A stretch of DNA of 55,026 nt, from positions 18,129-73,154 of the forward strand of contig CAZGUZ010000005.1 of the NCBI GenBank assembly GCA_964529025.1. The letters are read 5' to 3'. Shown here one piece after another: positions 55,008-55,026 of the stretch. The notes below the pieces were generated by a model that worked only from the letters and a program-made list of their open reading frames with translations, did no database searches and had not been told where the DNA came from. The first letter of the stretch is position 1, and the number at the start of each line of letters is the position of its first letter. The DNA comes from an uncultured Candidatus Saccharibacteria bacterium (lineage in GTDB: Bacteria > Patescibacteriota > Minisyncoccia > Phycocordibacterales > PALSA-1337). Both the position numbers and the translations under genes were made by a program.

Positions 55008-55026
55008 CGATTCCCTGTAGGGTCAC
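55008..55026 (+). repeat. 19-nt direct repeat, copy 2 (att-like partial tRNA 3' end, truncated by the window edge)
   Basis: cgattccctgtagggtcac. The sequence upstream of it does not fold into a tRNA. Confidence 0.9.

Noticed and set aside
54926-55026. A second, long (Sec- or Leu-like) tRNA ending with the repeated ...CGATTCCCTGTAGGGTCAC.
   Set aside because: No T-stem partner precedes the repeat (CTGTGGC does not pair with CCCTG). No D arm or anticodon arm can be drawn. The putative acceptor stem would be almost entirely G-U pairs.
1-55026. CRISPR arrays, IS elements, transposases, integrases and restriction-modification or other recognisable defence genes.
   Set aside because: I saw no regularly spaced direct repeats and no ORF with transposase, integrase, nuclease-helicase or methylase signatures while reading the six-frame track. 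The only repeats are the paralogous gene cassettes and the tRNA 3'-end duplication.

Overview
This is a gene-dense, low-GC bacterial chromosome segment with about 50 protein genes, one tRNA, and no CRISPR array, transposase or integrase. Most of it is housekeeping. The genes are rplM-rpsI, a grpE/dnaK/J-protein chaperone block, trpS, rpmA, a cell-wall and division block (murE-like, FemAB-like, M23 peptidase, murG, ftsW, DD-carboxypeptidase, scpB, scpA), rplI, ctpA-like protease, cysS, dnaB, recR, rplU, rmuC, a DoxX protein, a YqeY-like protein, an orphan histidine kinase, an EamA transporter, gltX, an ATP-grasp ligase, folD and tRNA-Glu(CUC). Short ribosomal proteins, almost no Shine-Dalgarno sequences, -10 boxes 6 nt from start codons, and cell-wall genes with little metabolism fit a reduced-genome Gram-positive-type lineage such as Patescibacteria/CPR; that placement is inference only. 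The accessory content worth a second look is: (1) a 2064-aa Sec-signal RHS/YD polymorphic toxin with an unassigned C-terminal domain and an adjacent candidate immunity gene. (2) Three giant secreted beta-propeller proteins (two ELWxxDGT-repeat, one NHL-like) that share a near-identical C-terminal cassette of two peptidoglycan-binding domains; two of them form kilobase direct repeats around the cell-wall block, and the third is split by one in-frame TAG. (3) Six GC-rich, hairpin-dense, terminator-bounded non-coding units that I could not assign to any RNA family. (4) A recurrent leaderless promoter layout. (5) A duplicated tRNA-Glu 3' end at the window edge. I could run no searches, so every family assignment comes from reading the translations and motifs.
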